Shown piece by piece: positions 35,773-45,715 of a stretch of DNA of 64,000 nt. A program made the position numbers and the translations under genes. Numbering within the stretch: position 1 is the stretch's first letter; each line of letters begins with the position of its first letter. The stretch comes from Candidatus Latescibacterota bacterium. GTDB taxonomy: Bacteria > Latescibacterota > UBA2968 > UBA8231. The DNA lies in contig OZ241362.1 of assembly GCA_965200315.1 (NCBI GenBank), forward strand, positions 3,968,001-4,032,000. Direction: 5' to 3'. The notes below the pieces were generated by a model. It ran no database searches and had not been told where the DNA came from. It saw only the letters and a list, made by a program, of their open reading frames with translations.

Positions 35773-37146
35773 CTAGCCTGAGCCAAAGGCGAGCGCTTCG
35801 GCTGCCTCCATCCCCCCTACTCCGATCACCTCCATCCCCGCCGGCCGCTTCCACCCCTGCAGGTTGCTTCGCGCTACCAAACACCGCTCAAACCCCAAAC
35901 TTCGCGCCTCGGCCACCCGCCGGTCAATCTGGTTCACCGGCCGGATCTCTCCCCCCAACCCGATCTCGCCAATGGCCACGGTCTGCGCGTCAATGGGCTT
36001 GTTGCGAAAGCTCGATACAATCGCCAGCCCCACTCCCATATCCACCGCTGGCTCGTCGAGGCGAATGCCCCCTACGACATTGACGAAAATGTCCTCGCTC
36101 GACAGATCGTGGCCGCAGCGCTTTTCAAGCACCGCGATAATAATCGAGAGCCGCTTGGCGTCGATGCCGGTGGCAACCCGTTGCGGATAACCAAAACTAG
36201 AGCGCGAGACGAGGGCCTGAATTTCGATCAAGAGCGGCCGCGTGCCCTCCATGCTACAGACGATGGCCGAACCCGACACGCCCTCGGCGCGCTCGGCCAG
36301 CAGAATTTTGGAGGGATTGGCGACCTCGATTAGCCCTTGGTCCCGCATCTCAAAAATCCCGATCTCGTTGGTCGAACCAAAGCGATTTTTGGCGGCGCGC
36401 AGGATGCGGAAGTGGTGGTGCCGCTCGCCCTCTAAATAGAGCACGGTATCGACTAAGTGCTCCAGTACGCGCGGCCCGGCAACCGTGCCCTCTTTGGTCA
36501 CGTGCCCCACTAAAAACGTGGGAATGCCGCTCTCTTTGGCCAAATAGACGAGCCGCGCAGCGCACTCGCGCACTTGAGTCACGCTGCCGGGTGCGCTCTC
36601 TAGCTCGGGCATGTAAATGGTCTGGATCGAGTCGATGATGATAGCCAGCGGGCTGGCGGATTGCAACTGGTCGAGAATAGCTGTGAGGCTGGTCTCGGCC
36701 ATCACGTGCAGGCTTTCGCACAACGCTCCCAAGCGCCCGGCGCGCAGGCGGATCTGCGCGGCCGACTCCTCGGCGGAAATGTACGCGATGCGAAAATCTG
36801 AGGCCGCTAGCTGTCCGGCCATCTGTAACAAGAGCGTCGATTTGCCAATGCCGGGATCGCCGCCAACTAAGACGACCGAACCAGGCATGATGCCTCCGCC
36901 CAAGACCCGGTCGAACTCGGAGACGCCGATTTGCAGCCGCTCGTGGTCTTGGTCGTCGACTTGCGTAATGGGCTGCAATTGGGAGCGGGGCGATACCGCT
37001 AGATGTTCGCGTCGGCTGTCGGGTGCTTGGGGCCGCTCTTCAACGCAGGTGTTCCACTCGCCACAGGCCACACAGCGGCCAAACCAGCGCACGGCACTGT
37101 GGCCACAAGACTGGCAGACATAAGCAGAACGGTTCTTTTTGGCCAT
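35773..37146 (-). CDS. radA: DNA repair protein RadA/Sms
   Basis: N-terminal C4 zinc finger, GDPGIGKST, KNRFG, Lon-like C-terminus. Confidence 0.96.
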   Translation of the reverse strand: MAKKNRSAYVCQSCGHSAVRWFGRCVACGEWNTCVEERPQAPDSRREHLAVSPRSQLQPITQVDDQDHERLQIGVSEFDRVLGGGIMPGSVVLVGGDPGIGKSTLLLQMAGQLAASDFRIAYISAEESAAQIRLRAGRLGALCESLHVMAETSLTAILDQLQSASPLAIIIDSIQTIYMPELESAPGSVTQVRECAARLVYLAKESGIPTFLVGHVTKEGTVAGPRVLEHLVDTVLYLEGERHHHFRILRAAKNRFGSTNEIGIFEMRDQGLIEVANPSKILLAERAEGVSGSAIVCSMEGTRPLLIEIQALVSRSSFGYPQRVATGIDAKRLSIIIAVLEKRCGHDLSSEDIFVNVVGGIRLDEPAVDMGVGLAIVSSFRNKPIDAQTVAIGEIGLGGEIRPVNQIDRRVAEARSLGFERCLVARSNLQGWKRPAGMEVIGVGGMEAAEALAFGSG

Positions 37147-37149
37147 GCC

Positions 37150-38022
37150 TCAACTCGTCTGAGCAGCCGCACGTGCGATAACGACTCGGGGGCTCTGGTT
37201 TAAGTCCGGTCTGATCTGAACCTCTATCAAGCGTTCAGACCGCGCAAGTAGGTCCTCCACGGCCGCGCTTTGGCCGTCTCCTACCTCTAGCAGTAGATGG
37301 CCTCCGGGGCGAATAAAGTCCGCGGCCTCCTGCGCGATGCGCCGATAGTACGCCAAGCCGTCCTCGCCCCCGTCTAGCGCGAGATGCGGCTCGTAGTCGC
37401 GCACTTCCGGTGCTAGTCCCGCCAAATCGCTGCGGCGCACATACGGTGGATTAGCCGCGACGAGGTCAAAAGGCTCAGTGCCGCGAAGAGGTGAGAACAA
37501 ATCGCCACAGTGCCACTCGACGCGCTCGGCTAGCCCGCAGCGCTGGCCGTTGGCCTTCGCCACTTCTAAAACAGCAGCCGATACGTCAGTCGCCACCACC
37601 GCGGCCGCGGCCGCTTCTTGGGCCAGGGACAGAGCGACCGCGCCTGAGCCGCAACACAGGTCGAGAAACCGACCGCCCTCGGGCAAAAGCTCCAAGGCCA
37701 CATCAACGAGCACTTCGGTTTCGGGACGCGGGATCAACACCGTGGGCGTCACGGTCAACTCTAGATGGCGAAAGGCGGCCACGCCCGTGATGTACTGCAC
37801 GGGCACGCGCCGCAACCGCTGCCGCACGTATTCCCGGTAGCGATCCACTTCACTGCGGTGCAAGAGGCGTTCAAACTGTAGGTAGAGATCGAGGCGGTTG
37901 ACACCGAGCACTGCGGCCAGCAGCAGCTCGGCTTGTAGACGGGCGTTTTCCAACCCCTTTGACGCAAAAAAACGGCTCGTGTTTTCGAGGATGTCGAGCA
38001 GCCGCCAAGGGTGCTCGCTCAT
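37150..38022 (-). CDS. prmC: Release factor glutamine methyltransferase
   Basis: VLIPRPETE, LDLCCGSG, ANPPY, ALDGGEDG motifs; adjacent to prfA. Confidence 0.95.
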   Translation of the reverse strand: MSEHPWRLLDILENTSRFFASKGLENARLQAELLLAAVLGVNRLDLYLQFERLLHRSEVDRYREYVRQRLRRVPVQYITGVAAFRHLELTVTPTVLIPRPETEVLVDVALELLPEGGRFLDLCCGSGAVALSLAQEAAAAAVVATDVSAAVLEVAKANGQRCGLAERVEWHCGDLFSPLRGTEPFDLVAANPPYVRRSDLAGLAPEVRDYEPHLALDGGEDGLAYYRRIAQEAADFIRPGGHLLLEVGDGQSAAVEDLLARSERLIEVQIRPDLNQSPRVVIARAAAQTS

Positions 38023-39086
38023 CGGTCTGCCGCCAGCGCGTCCTGCTGGGATGCGAGGGCCAATTGCTCGACGAATTTTTCAAAATCGCCGTCGAGAATT
38101 TCCTCTAGGCGATAAAGGGACAAGCTAATGCGGTGATCGGTAACCCGGCCCTGCGGGAAGTTGTAGGTGCGAATTTTCGCGCTGCGATCGCCGGAACCGA
38201 TCTGGCCGGCGCGGGCGGCGTCGCGCTCGGCCTTTTGCTCGGCCTGCAATTTGTCGTAGAGCCGGGCGCGGAGGACCTTCAATGCCTTGTTCTTGTTTTT
38301 TAGCTGCGACTTCTCGTCTTGGCAGGAGACGACAATACCCGTTGGGATATGGGTGATTTTCACGGCCGAATCCGTGGTGTTGACGCTCTGGCCGCCCGGC
38401 CCACTGGAGCGATACACTTCGATTTTCAAATCGTCGAGAGCGACCTCCACCTCCACCTCCTCGGCTTCGGGTAGAACCGCCACCGAGGCCGCCGATGTGT
38501 GAATCCGGCCCGAGGCCTCGGTTTTGGGAACCCGCTGCACGCGGTGTACCCCGCTCTCGAACTTGAGCTGGCCGAAGGCGTCCGCACCCGAGACCGCGAA
38601 TACCACCTCTTTAAAGCCGCCGGCTGGATTGTGACTGGACGAAAGCTCCTCGGTTTTCAAACCCTTTCGCTCGGCAAAGCGGTGGTACATGCGGTACAGA
38701 TCGCTGGCGAAAAGCCCAGCTTCGTCGCCGCCGGTGCCGGCGCGAATCTCGACGATGGCATTGCGGCTGTCGTTGGGGTCCTTGGGAATCAGCAGCACTT
38801 TGAGTGTTTCTTCTAGCTGCGCCACTTTTCCTTGTAGTTGGTCGCGTTCGGCTGCGGCCAATTCGACTAGCTCTGCATCGCTGCCATCGGCGATGATCTC
38901 CTCGGCCTCTGCAAGCTGTTCCAGCGCGGCGCGGTACTGGCCTGCTAAATCCACCACTTCCTGCAAGTCGCCCATCTCCCGCGCCAGCTTCTGGTACTGA
39001 GTCGGGTTTTGGCTGGTGGCCTGATCGGCCATAAGCGCGCTTAGCTCCTCGTAGCGCAGTTCGTATTCGTTCAGTTTATCTAACAC
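38019..39086 (-). CDS. prfA: Peptide chain release factor 1
   Basis: EIRAGTGG, PKT (PxT), GGQ, RTYNFPQ motifs. Confidence 0.97.
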   Translation of the reverse strand: MLDKLNEYELRYEELSALMADQATSQNPTQYQKLAREMGDLQEVVDLAGQYRAALEQLAEAEEIIADGSDAELVELAAAERDQLQGKVAQLEETLKVLLIPKDPNDSRNAIVEIRAGTGGDEAGLFASDLYRMYHRFAERKGLKTEELSSSHNPAGGFKEVVFAVSGADAFGQLKFESGVHRVQRVPKTEASGRIHTSAASVAVLPEAEEVEVEVALDDLKIEVYRSSGPGGQSVNTTDSAVKITHIPTGIVVSCQDEKSQLKNKNKALKVLRARLYDKLQAEQKAERDAARAGQIGSGDRSAKIRTYNFPQGRVTDHRISLSLYRLEEILDGDFEKFVEQLALASQQDALAADR

Positions 39087-40027
39087 GATGGATTGGCCTC
39101 GACTTCTTCATTTAGGGCGCGGCGCAGCGCGTATAGGGCGACTTCTAACTGGTCGTCGTCCGGCTCGCGGGTCGTAATGCGCTGTAACCATAGCCCTGGG
39201 GCGCTCAGCAACCGGACCAGCGGGGCATTGCGCTTCTTGCCCGAGAACTTGAGCAACTCAAAGCTCATCCCCGCGATAAAGGGCAGCACCGCAAAATGGG
39301 TGGCAAAGCGCTCAAAAAGGCTCTGCGCGTGCCCAAAGACGAGCGGGAACAGCGAATCCACGCAGGCGAAGATCAAGATCGCAAAGAGCACTACGATCAG
39401 CATGAAGCTGGTTCCACAGCGCGGATGCAGCCGACCGAAGCCCCGCGCCGCGACCACCGTCAGTTCGGCACCGGCCTCTAAGGTGAAGATGCTTTTGTGC
39501 TCGGCACCGTGGTATTGAAAGACTCGCTGGATTTCGCGCCACTGGCTTATCGCCCAAAGATAGAGAATCAAAAGCGTCGCCCGCACCGCACCGGCCACTA
39601 GGTTGAATTCAAAGGCGCTCTCCTGTAAGCCCAAGAGCTGGGCAGCTAGCAGTGGCAGAAAGAAAAAGAGGCCCACGCCCAGCGCCACGGAAAAAATCAT
39701 CGTCGCCCACAAGGCCAATTGCTCCCGCCAGCTCTCCTCCCGCCGCTCGACCTGCCCCTCTCCTTGGCTGGCGACATCGGCCGAGAAATTGAGAGCCTTT
39801 AGCCCAATGAACATCATTTCAAAAAAAGATAGGGCCCCGCGCAATACGGGCAGACCCAACAGGCGATAGCGCTGCGCTAGGGAATCGTAGGCTTCCTCGC
39901 GCACCACGATCTGGTGATCAGCCGCCCGCACTGCGGTGACGATTTTGCCGGGTACGCGCATCATCACCCCTTCGATGACGGCTTGGCCGCCGACGGGTAG
40001 ATCTTGCGTGAGTTGTTCTCTGTCCAT
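39080..40027 (-). CDS. DUF1385 membrane protein
   Basis: GGQAVIEGVMM, YHGAEHK, HPRCGTSF, TTREP motifs; conserved position between rpmE and prfA; start set at MDREQ. Confidence 0.9.
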   Translation of the reverse strand: MDREQLTQDLPVGGQAVIEGVMMRVPGKIVTAVRAADHQIVVREEAYDSLAQRYRLLGLPVLRGALSFFEMMFIGLKALNFSADVASQGEGQVERREESWREQLALWATMIFSVALGVGLFFFLPLLAAQLLGLQESAFEFNLVAGAVRATLLILYLWAISQWREIQRVFQYHGAEHKSIFTLEAGAELTVVAARGFGRLHPRCGTSFMLIVVLFAILIFACVDSLFPLVFGHAQSLFERFATHFAVLPFIAGMSFELLKFSGKKRNAPLVRLLSAPGLWLQRITTREPDDDQLEVALYALRRALNEEVEANPSC

Positions 40028-40104
40028 GGACTCGCGTACACGAAAAAGGCGATACGAGCACCCTCGGAAGGGCGTCCTACCACCTTTTCGCATGGAATGG
40101 GTTG

Positions 40105-40362
40105 CTAGGCTTGCGCGCTTTTGCCGTAGCGGCGATTGAACTGTTCGATGCGCCCGCCGCGATCCATAATCTGCTGGCGCTTGCCTGTGTAGAAAGGATG
40201 CGACGCCGAGCTGATTTCGACCCGGATTACCGGATAGGAATTCCCGTCTTCCCACTCCATCGTCTCTTCGGACTTCATCGTCGAACGCGACAGTATCTTG
40301 TAGTCACTGCTAGTATCGAGAAAGATAACCGTTTGATACTCGGGATGTATGTCTTTTTGCAC
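40105..40362 (-). CDS. rpmE2: 50S ribosomal protein L31, type B (Zn-free)
   Basis: KDIHPEY…[10 protein letters not shown]…[10 protein letters not shown]; 85 aa; no CxxC. Confidence 0.93.
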   Translation of the reverse strand: MQKDIHPEYQTVIFLDTSSDYKILSRSTMKSEETMEWEDGNSYPVIRVEISSASHPFYTGKRQQIMDRGGRIEQFNRRYGKSAQA

Positions 40363-40447
40363 CTTTACACTCCTCTGCTTTCTGGGGATTGAAACTCAGC
40401 TATCGAGTCCATAAAAATAGAGGCTTGAAACTCAAAAAACAAGGCGA

Positions 40448-41722
40448 TTAGTCATTCATGGCCTTGAGGAATTCCTCGTTGGATTCTGTACCCTGCATGC
40501 GCTCTTGGAGGAACTCCATGCCCTCAATGACTCCCATCTGATTGAGTATGCGGCGCAGGACCCACGAGCGGTTCAATTCAAACTCTGTGAGCAGCAGCTC
40601 TTCTTTGCGGGTGCTCGTCGCCGTCACGTCAACGGCCGGATAGACGCGGCGGTTGCTCAGTCGGCGATCTAGCTGCACCTGCATATTACCCGTGCCTTTG
40701 AACTCTTCAAAGATCACTTCGTCCATGCGACTCCCGGTCTCTACCAAGGCCGTGGCGATAATCGTCAGGCTACCGCCTTCTTCGAGATTGCGGGCGGCGG
40801 CGAAAAAGCGGCGCGGCCACTGCAAAGCCGTCGAGTCAACGCCGCCGGTGAGGATCCGCCCCGAGTGCGGCGTCACTGTATTGTAGGCCCGTGCCAAGCG
40901 CGTGATGCTATCGAGTAAGATGACCACATCCCGCTTGTGCTCGACTAGACGCCGAGCCTTTTCGATCACCATATCCGCCACCTGCACGTGCCGCGTAGCC
41001 GACTCGTCAAAGGTCGAACTGACGACTTCGCCCTGCACCGAACGCAGCATATCGGTGACTTCCTCGGGGCGCTCGTCAATGAGCAAGACTATGAGAACCG
41101 CTTCGGGATGATTGGTTGTGATGGCGTTGGCGACCTTTTGCAGCAGCATGGTTTTACCCGTGAAGGGCGGCGCGACGATTAGGCCGCGCTGCCCTTTGCC
41201 GATGGGCGAAAGCAAGTCGAGAATCCGCGTCGTCATGTCCTTGGGATTGTGCTCTAACTTGAAGCGATCCGTGGGATGCAAGGCTGTCAGATTTTCGAAG
41301 ATCGTCTTGTTCTTGGTGACTTCTGGGTCGTCGAAGTTGATTGCCTCGACTCGCAGTAGCGCAAAGTATTTCTCGTCGTTTTTCGGCGGGCGGATCTGAC
41401 CGGAGATCGTATCGCCCGTGCGCAGGCTAAACCGCTTAATCTGCGAATGAGAAACGTAAATGTCGTCGGGGCCAGGTAAGTAGTTATAGCTCGGCGAGCG
41501 GAGAAAGCCGAACCCCTCGTCCAGCACCTCCAAAGTACCTTGAGCAAAGATCAGCCCACTGCGCTCGGTCTGGTGCTTGAGGATGGAGAAGATCAACTCC
41601 TGCTTGCGCAAAGAGGTGCAATCTACAACTTCCAGTTTCTTGGCCAGCTCTTGGAGATCCAAGATGTTCATGCGCTGGAGTTCAACAATATTCATTTTCT
41701 GCGTTCTATTGAGAGGCGGCAT
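40448..41722 (-). CDS. rho: Transcription termination factor Rho
   Basis: [36 protein letters not shown]; start is 41722 or 41695. Confidence 0.96.
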   Translation of the reverse strand: MPPLNRTQKMNIVELQRMNILDLQELAKKLEVVDCTSLRKQELIFSILKHQTERSGLIFAQGTLEVLDEGFGFLRSPSYNYLPGPDDIYVSHSQIKRFSLRTGDTISGQIRPPKNDEKYFALLRVEAINFDDPEVTKNKTIFENLTALHPTDRFKLEHNPKDMTTRILDLLSPIGKGQRGLIVAPPFTGKTMLLQKVANAITTNHPEAVLIVLLIDERPEEVTDMLRSVQGEVVSSTFDESATRHVQVADMVIEKARRLVEHKRDVVILLDSITRLARAYNTVTPHSGRILTGGVDSTALQWPRRFFAAARNLEEGGSLTIIATALVETGSRMDEVIFEEFKGTGNMQVQLDRRLSNRRVYPAVDVTATSTRKEELLLTEFELNRSWVLRRILNQMGVIEGMEFLQERMQGTESNEEFLKAMND

Positions 41723-42009
41723 CTCTTCCTTGCAACCTTTCTTGCGGTTAGAGTGCAGGAACACAAAGGGAATACTCGAGTGCGCTACGGCACTGTAAGC
41801 ACCTAGAGCTATTACGAGGATTGGAGTACATGGGGTAGGACTACTAAAAAACTAAAAACCTACCTAAGGTATACCGTACCTTGGCAAAATTATTTAATAG
41901 CTACAGGAGGTCTATAGCGAAGAATATCTAAAAGGAGAGAGTGGAATTTCAAGCGGAATAAACCGCTGAGGTATTTAATTTTGAAAAGGAGAAATGCGAA
42001 AGAGATTAA

Positions 42010-42038
42010 AGGATACAGATAATATCTTTGTTTGTCAA
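42010..42038 (-). promoter_or_regulatory. rho promoter preceding a long pyrimidine-rich leader
   Basis: Minus strand TTGACA-N17-TATCCT. Confidence 0.55.
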
Positions 42039-42050
42039 GCGTACTACCGT

Positions 42051-42086
42051 AAAAAACAGGACGCCCGCTCGACGAACGGGCGTCCT
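42051..42086 (-). terminator. Intrinsic terminator for the secreted-protein genes
   Basis: AGGACGCCCG…CGGGCGTCCT stem followed by GTTTTTT on the minus strand. Confidence 0.75.
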
Positions 42087-42115
42087 ATCTCTGCAACTTG
42101 CAACTTCTCGTGCCC

Positions 42116-42799
42116 TTATTGATCGACACCAACAGCCATCGCTGTCCGAGCTAAATCTTCATTGGAAGCAAAAGGTGCGACGACGCCAGTTTCGTTGTCG
42201 CCGTCAAAGGCTCGCACGTCATAGATATAGGAGGCTCCACTGGCGACGTCGTTATCGACGAATTCGGAGACACCGGGCCCCACCGTGGCAACCAACCTTT
42301 CGCTGCCCTGTTCCTGAGTTACGGCCTTGCCGAAATCATCGGCGAAGCGAAGAAAATCATCGACATCAATTTGGCCATTGGGCACTATGTCGAAGAACAA
42401 CTCAAAATCCCCATCGGCTTCAGAAGAGCCGAAGCGATCAGCTAAGAGGAAGAAGTCGTCAAAGTCAACCTTATCCCCCTCGCGCGTGAACCAGCCGAGT
42501 ACTATCTCGCCGCTACCGTCCACGGGAGGAAAATAATCCGTGCGGTACACGCGATAGCCGTGTACGTCGCCAGTAGGCACCACTTGGCCCCCAAAGGTCG
42601 TAAACGAACGAGCATCATTTCCCGATAGCGTCCAAGAAAGCGACACGGATGGATCATCACTGGCTGTGGCTTGTAGGTTAGTCACAGGTACAGGAGGAAT
42701 ATTATCGACGGAAGCTACGGGCTCAGAGGTAGTCAACTGAGCGGCCGCGGGAGCAGCGCAAAAAGCAGCCAGCGCGACGATGCGAATATATCCTTTCAT
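42116..42799 (-). CDS. Secreted Fn3-like protein with an inserted dockerin/EF-hand-like pair
   Basis: Signal peptide; PPVPVTNL…LSW…YRVYR…FVD…YDVRAFD; VDFDDFFLLADRFG and IDVDDFLRFADDFG repeats. Confidence 0.75.
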   Translation of the reverse strand: MKGYIRIVALAAFCAAPAAAQLTTSEPVASVDNIPPVPVTNLQATASDDPSVSLSWTLSGNDARSFTTFGGQVVPTGDVHGYRVYRTDYFPPVDGSGEIVLGWFTREGDKVDFDDFFLLADRFGSSEADGDFELFFDIVPNGQIDVDDFLRFADDFGKAVTQEQGSERLVATVGPGVSEFVDNDVASGASYIYDVRAFDGDNETGVVAPFASNEDLARTAMAVGVDQ

Positions 42800-42853
42800 C
42801 GAACTATACTCCTTGTGAAAAGATGAGATACACAGCCATATTGCGGCCGGGAC

Positions 42854-43519
42854 CTACTCGTACAAATCGGTGCCGAGGTTATCGGCCCAAAGGAAAAAGT
42901 CCTCGAGATCAACCATGCCGTTGCCGTCCATATCTGTGGCTGGCTTGAATTCGGCTTGGCCGAAGTTGGCTTGCAAAATGCCGTAGTCTAAAAGGTCCAC
43001 ATCGCCGTCGTAGTCAAAGTCGCCAAGGAGCAACATGTTCTTGACTTCGGCAGACTCGATAGGAGCGCTCTCATTGCCGCTTTCATCGACGACCGAGACC
43101 ATGTAGAAGTACCGCCTGCTCCCCGCGCTCACGTTGATCGAGGCATCAACTAAGGACGTCACGCCGGAACCGACGCTGCCGACTATTGCCAAGCTGCCGG
43201 AGCCATCGGCGAGACGACGCCATATATTGTAACCAGCCACATCGTTGACGTTGACAAAGGTGCCACCCGTCGTAAAGTCACTGCTCGTCGGGACCCGGCG
43301 CACAGTATCGTCATCGGATAAGGGCCAAGAAACGGTAATGCTCCTTCCACCTTCGTTGAACTCAGCCTGTACTTCGCCAACTGGGACAGGCGCAAGGTCG
43401 TCAGTATCCGCTGCCGACTCAGAGACCGTCACCTGTGCTGCCGCCGGCCTCGCACACAGCAAAACGCCGAGTCCCAATAAGGCCAAACTCCCGATAGCTC
43501 CCTTTATGCCTTTCGACAT
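42854..43519 (-). CDS. Secreted Fn3-like protein with a C-terminal dockerin-like domain (paralog of neighbour)
   Basis: RBS GAGGAGG before ATG 43519; signal peptide; GDFDYDGDVDLLD and DMDGNGMVDLEDF repeats. Confidence 0.75.
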   Translation of the reverse strand: MSKGIKGAIGSLALLGLGVLLCARPAAAQVTVSESAADTDDLAPVPVGEVQAEFNEGGRSITVSWPLSDDDTVRRVPTSSDFTTGGTFVNVNDVAGYNIWRRLADGSGSLAIVGSVGSGVTSLVDASINVSAGSRRYFYMVSVVDESGNESAPIESAEVKNMLLLGDFDYDGDVDLLDYGILQANFGQAEFKPATDMDGNGMVDLEDFFLWADNLGTDLYE

Positions 43520-43668
43520 ATCTGATATCCTCCTCTGAATGCTCAATGGATCAAGTTCTGATTTGGCCTCAGCATAGGCCATGAATAAGCGTTTAACGTA
43601 TCAATAATATCAACAGTTCGCTGTAAACTCAAGGAATTAACGCAAATTAGCGTCATTAATTGATTTTC

Positions 43669-43697
43669 TTGACCCGATTAATGGGCCCCCATATTTT
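43669..43697 (+). promoter_or_regulatory. Sigma70 promoter of dnaG
   Basis: TTGACC-N17-TATTTT. Confidence 0.5.
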
Positions 43698-43741
43698 GCT
43701 CAATGGTGCTGTTAATATAGAAAAAAAGCCCCCCGCTAGCA

Positions 43742-45532
43742 ATGCCACGCAACCATGAAGCTGAAGCCATTCGCGACCGCATCCGCGACGCTACCGACAT
43801 CGTCGATTTGGTCTCCGAACACGTCCAACTCACTAGGAGGGGCCGCAATTTTTTAGGTCTCTGCCCGTTTCACGAAGAGAAAACCCCTTCCTTCAGCGTC
43901 AACCCCGACCGCCAATTCTACCACTGCTTCGGCTGTGGCGTCGGCGGCGATATCTTCAAATTCATCCAAGAGATCGACCGCGTCACTTTTGTCGAAGCGG
44001 TCAAATTCCTCGCCGAGCGCACCGGTATCGCTCTGCCCGAGCGTTCGGGGCCATCGCACGAGGAAGCCGAAGCCGCCGATGAACTCTACCGAGCCAACGA
44101 CCTAGCGCAAAAGTACTTTCGTCATCTGTTGCTTAACGACGAGGTCGGTGCCAGCGCCCGTGAGTATCTACAGACCCGCCGCCTCACAGACGAAACCATT
44201 GAGCGCTTCGGCTTGGGCTACGCGCCGCCGGAGTGGGACGCCTTACTGAAAGTAGCCGGTCGACGAGGTTTGAGTCCCCAAGTCTTGGAACGGGCCGGGT
44301 TGGCTCTACCGCGCTCCACAGGCAGCGGTCACTACGACCGCTTCCGCGACCGGATCGCCTTCCCCATCGCCAATCTCTCCAATCGGACTATCGCCTTCGG
44401 AGCACGCGCACTCCAGCCCGACCAAGAGCCTAAATACCTCAACTCGCCTGAAACGCCCATCTATCACAAGGGCCGGGTGCTCTATGGGCTATCCATCACA
44501 CGCGACGCCATTCGCCGCCAAGATGCTGTATTAGTCGTCGAGGGCTACATGGACCTCATCAGCCTAGCACAGGCCGGCATCGAACACGCAGCGGCTACCT
44601 CTGGCACGGCCCTGACCGAAGACCACTGCCGCACGCTCGCACGCTATGCCCGCCAAGTCGTGCTGCTGTTCGATGGCGACGCAGCCGGTTCCACAGCCGC
44701 CATGCGTGCCCTCGAAGTTCTCCTAGGCACTGGGTTGGACGCCCGCGTCGTCTCGCTGTCCTCCGAGCACGATCCTGATACCTTCGTCCAAGCGCACGGA
44801 CCGGACGCACTGCTCAAACGAGCCCAAAATGCCCAGTCAGTTCTCGATTTCTACCTCGAACAGCTCGCCCAGCAGCACGATCTCTCCAGCGTCGAAGGCA
44901 AAGCGCGCACTGTCGAAAGGCTCAAACCGCTTCTGGCCAAGCCCCGCGATGCAGTCCGCCGCGACTTGCTGCTGCGCGAAGTCGCTGAGCGCCTCTCGGT
45001 TGACGAGCAATCCCTGCGCCACGACCTGCAAGCCTCCATGCGCCGTCCCCAACAACCGCGCAAGGCAGTTGCCGAGCCATCCCCAATGGATGTGCCCGAC
45101 CCGCCGCGTCACGAGCTCGAATTCATGGGGCTGTTGTTCAACTTTCCGCAGCTCATACCCGAAACTGTCCGCGAATTCTCCCCCGATTCGCTAAGCGACG
45201 CCCGCACTCAGGTCCTGTGTCGCACGCTCTTCGACCACCATGCCCACGGCAAAGCCATCGACCTCGGCACGATCATCAGCGAGCTACAAGACGATGCACT
45301 CGCACGCCAAGCCGCCCAATGCGCGGCCCAAGGTTTCGACGAGGAGCAGGTCGAACGGCAATGGCGCGACTATTTGCTTTACTTTCAGAAAAGTGCGCTG
45401 CAAAAGCGCATCGACAACGCACGTCAAGCCCTCGCAACGGCATCCGACGACGGCGAAGTTGCACGCATCAGCGCCGAACTCGTCGCGCTCAACCAAGAGC
45501 GCCAAGCGGTCACGGCCCAACAAAGCTCTTGA
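43742..45532 (+). CDS. dnaG: DNA primase
   Basis: CPFHEEKTPSF…CFGC zinc finger; KYLNSPET, VEGYMD, FDGDAAG, DPD (TOPRIM). Confidence 0.97.
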   Translation: MPRNHEAEAIRDRIRDATDIVDLVSEHVQLTRRGRNFLGLCPFHEEKTPSFSVNPDRQFYHCFGCGVGGDIFKFIQEIDRVTFVEAVKFLAERTGIALPERSGPSHEEAEAADELYRANDLAQKYFRHLLLNDEVGASAREYLQTRRLTDETIERFGLGYAPPEWDALLKVAGRRGLSPQVLERAGLALPRSTGSGHYDRFRDRIAFPIANLSNRTIAFGARALQPDQEPKYLNSPETPIYHKGRVLYGLSITRDAIRRQDAVLVVEGYMDLISLAQAGIEHAAATSGTALTEDHCRTLARYARQVVLLFDGDAAGSTAAMRALEVLLGTGLDARVVSLSSEHDPDTFVQAHGPDALLKRAQNAQSVLDFYLEQLAQQHDLSSVEGKARTVERLKPLLAKPRDAVRRDLLLREVAERLSVDEQSLRHDLQASMRRPQQPRKAVAEPSPMDVPDPPRHELEFMGLLFNFPQLIPETVREFSPDSLSDARTQVLCRTLFDHHAHGKAIDLGTIISELQDDALARQAAQCAAQGFDEEQVERQWRDYLLYFQKSALQKRIDNARQALATASDDGEVARISAELVALNQERQAVTAQQSS

Positions 45533-45571
45533 CCTACTTGGGAAAAATGCTAGGTTTTTAACAACTTTACG

Positions 45572-45648
<77 letters not shown>

Positions 45649-45715
45649 TTATTTTTTCCACAGGCGCGGCTGCGAGGATTGGGACACCAATTTTTGTAGC
45701 CGTTTTTTATTTCTC

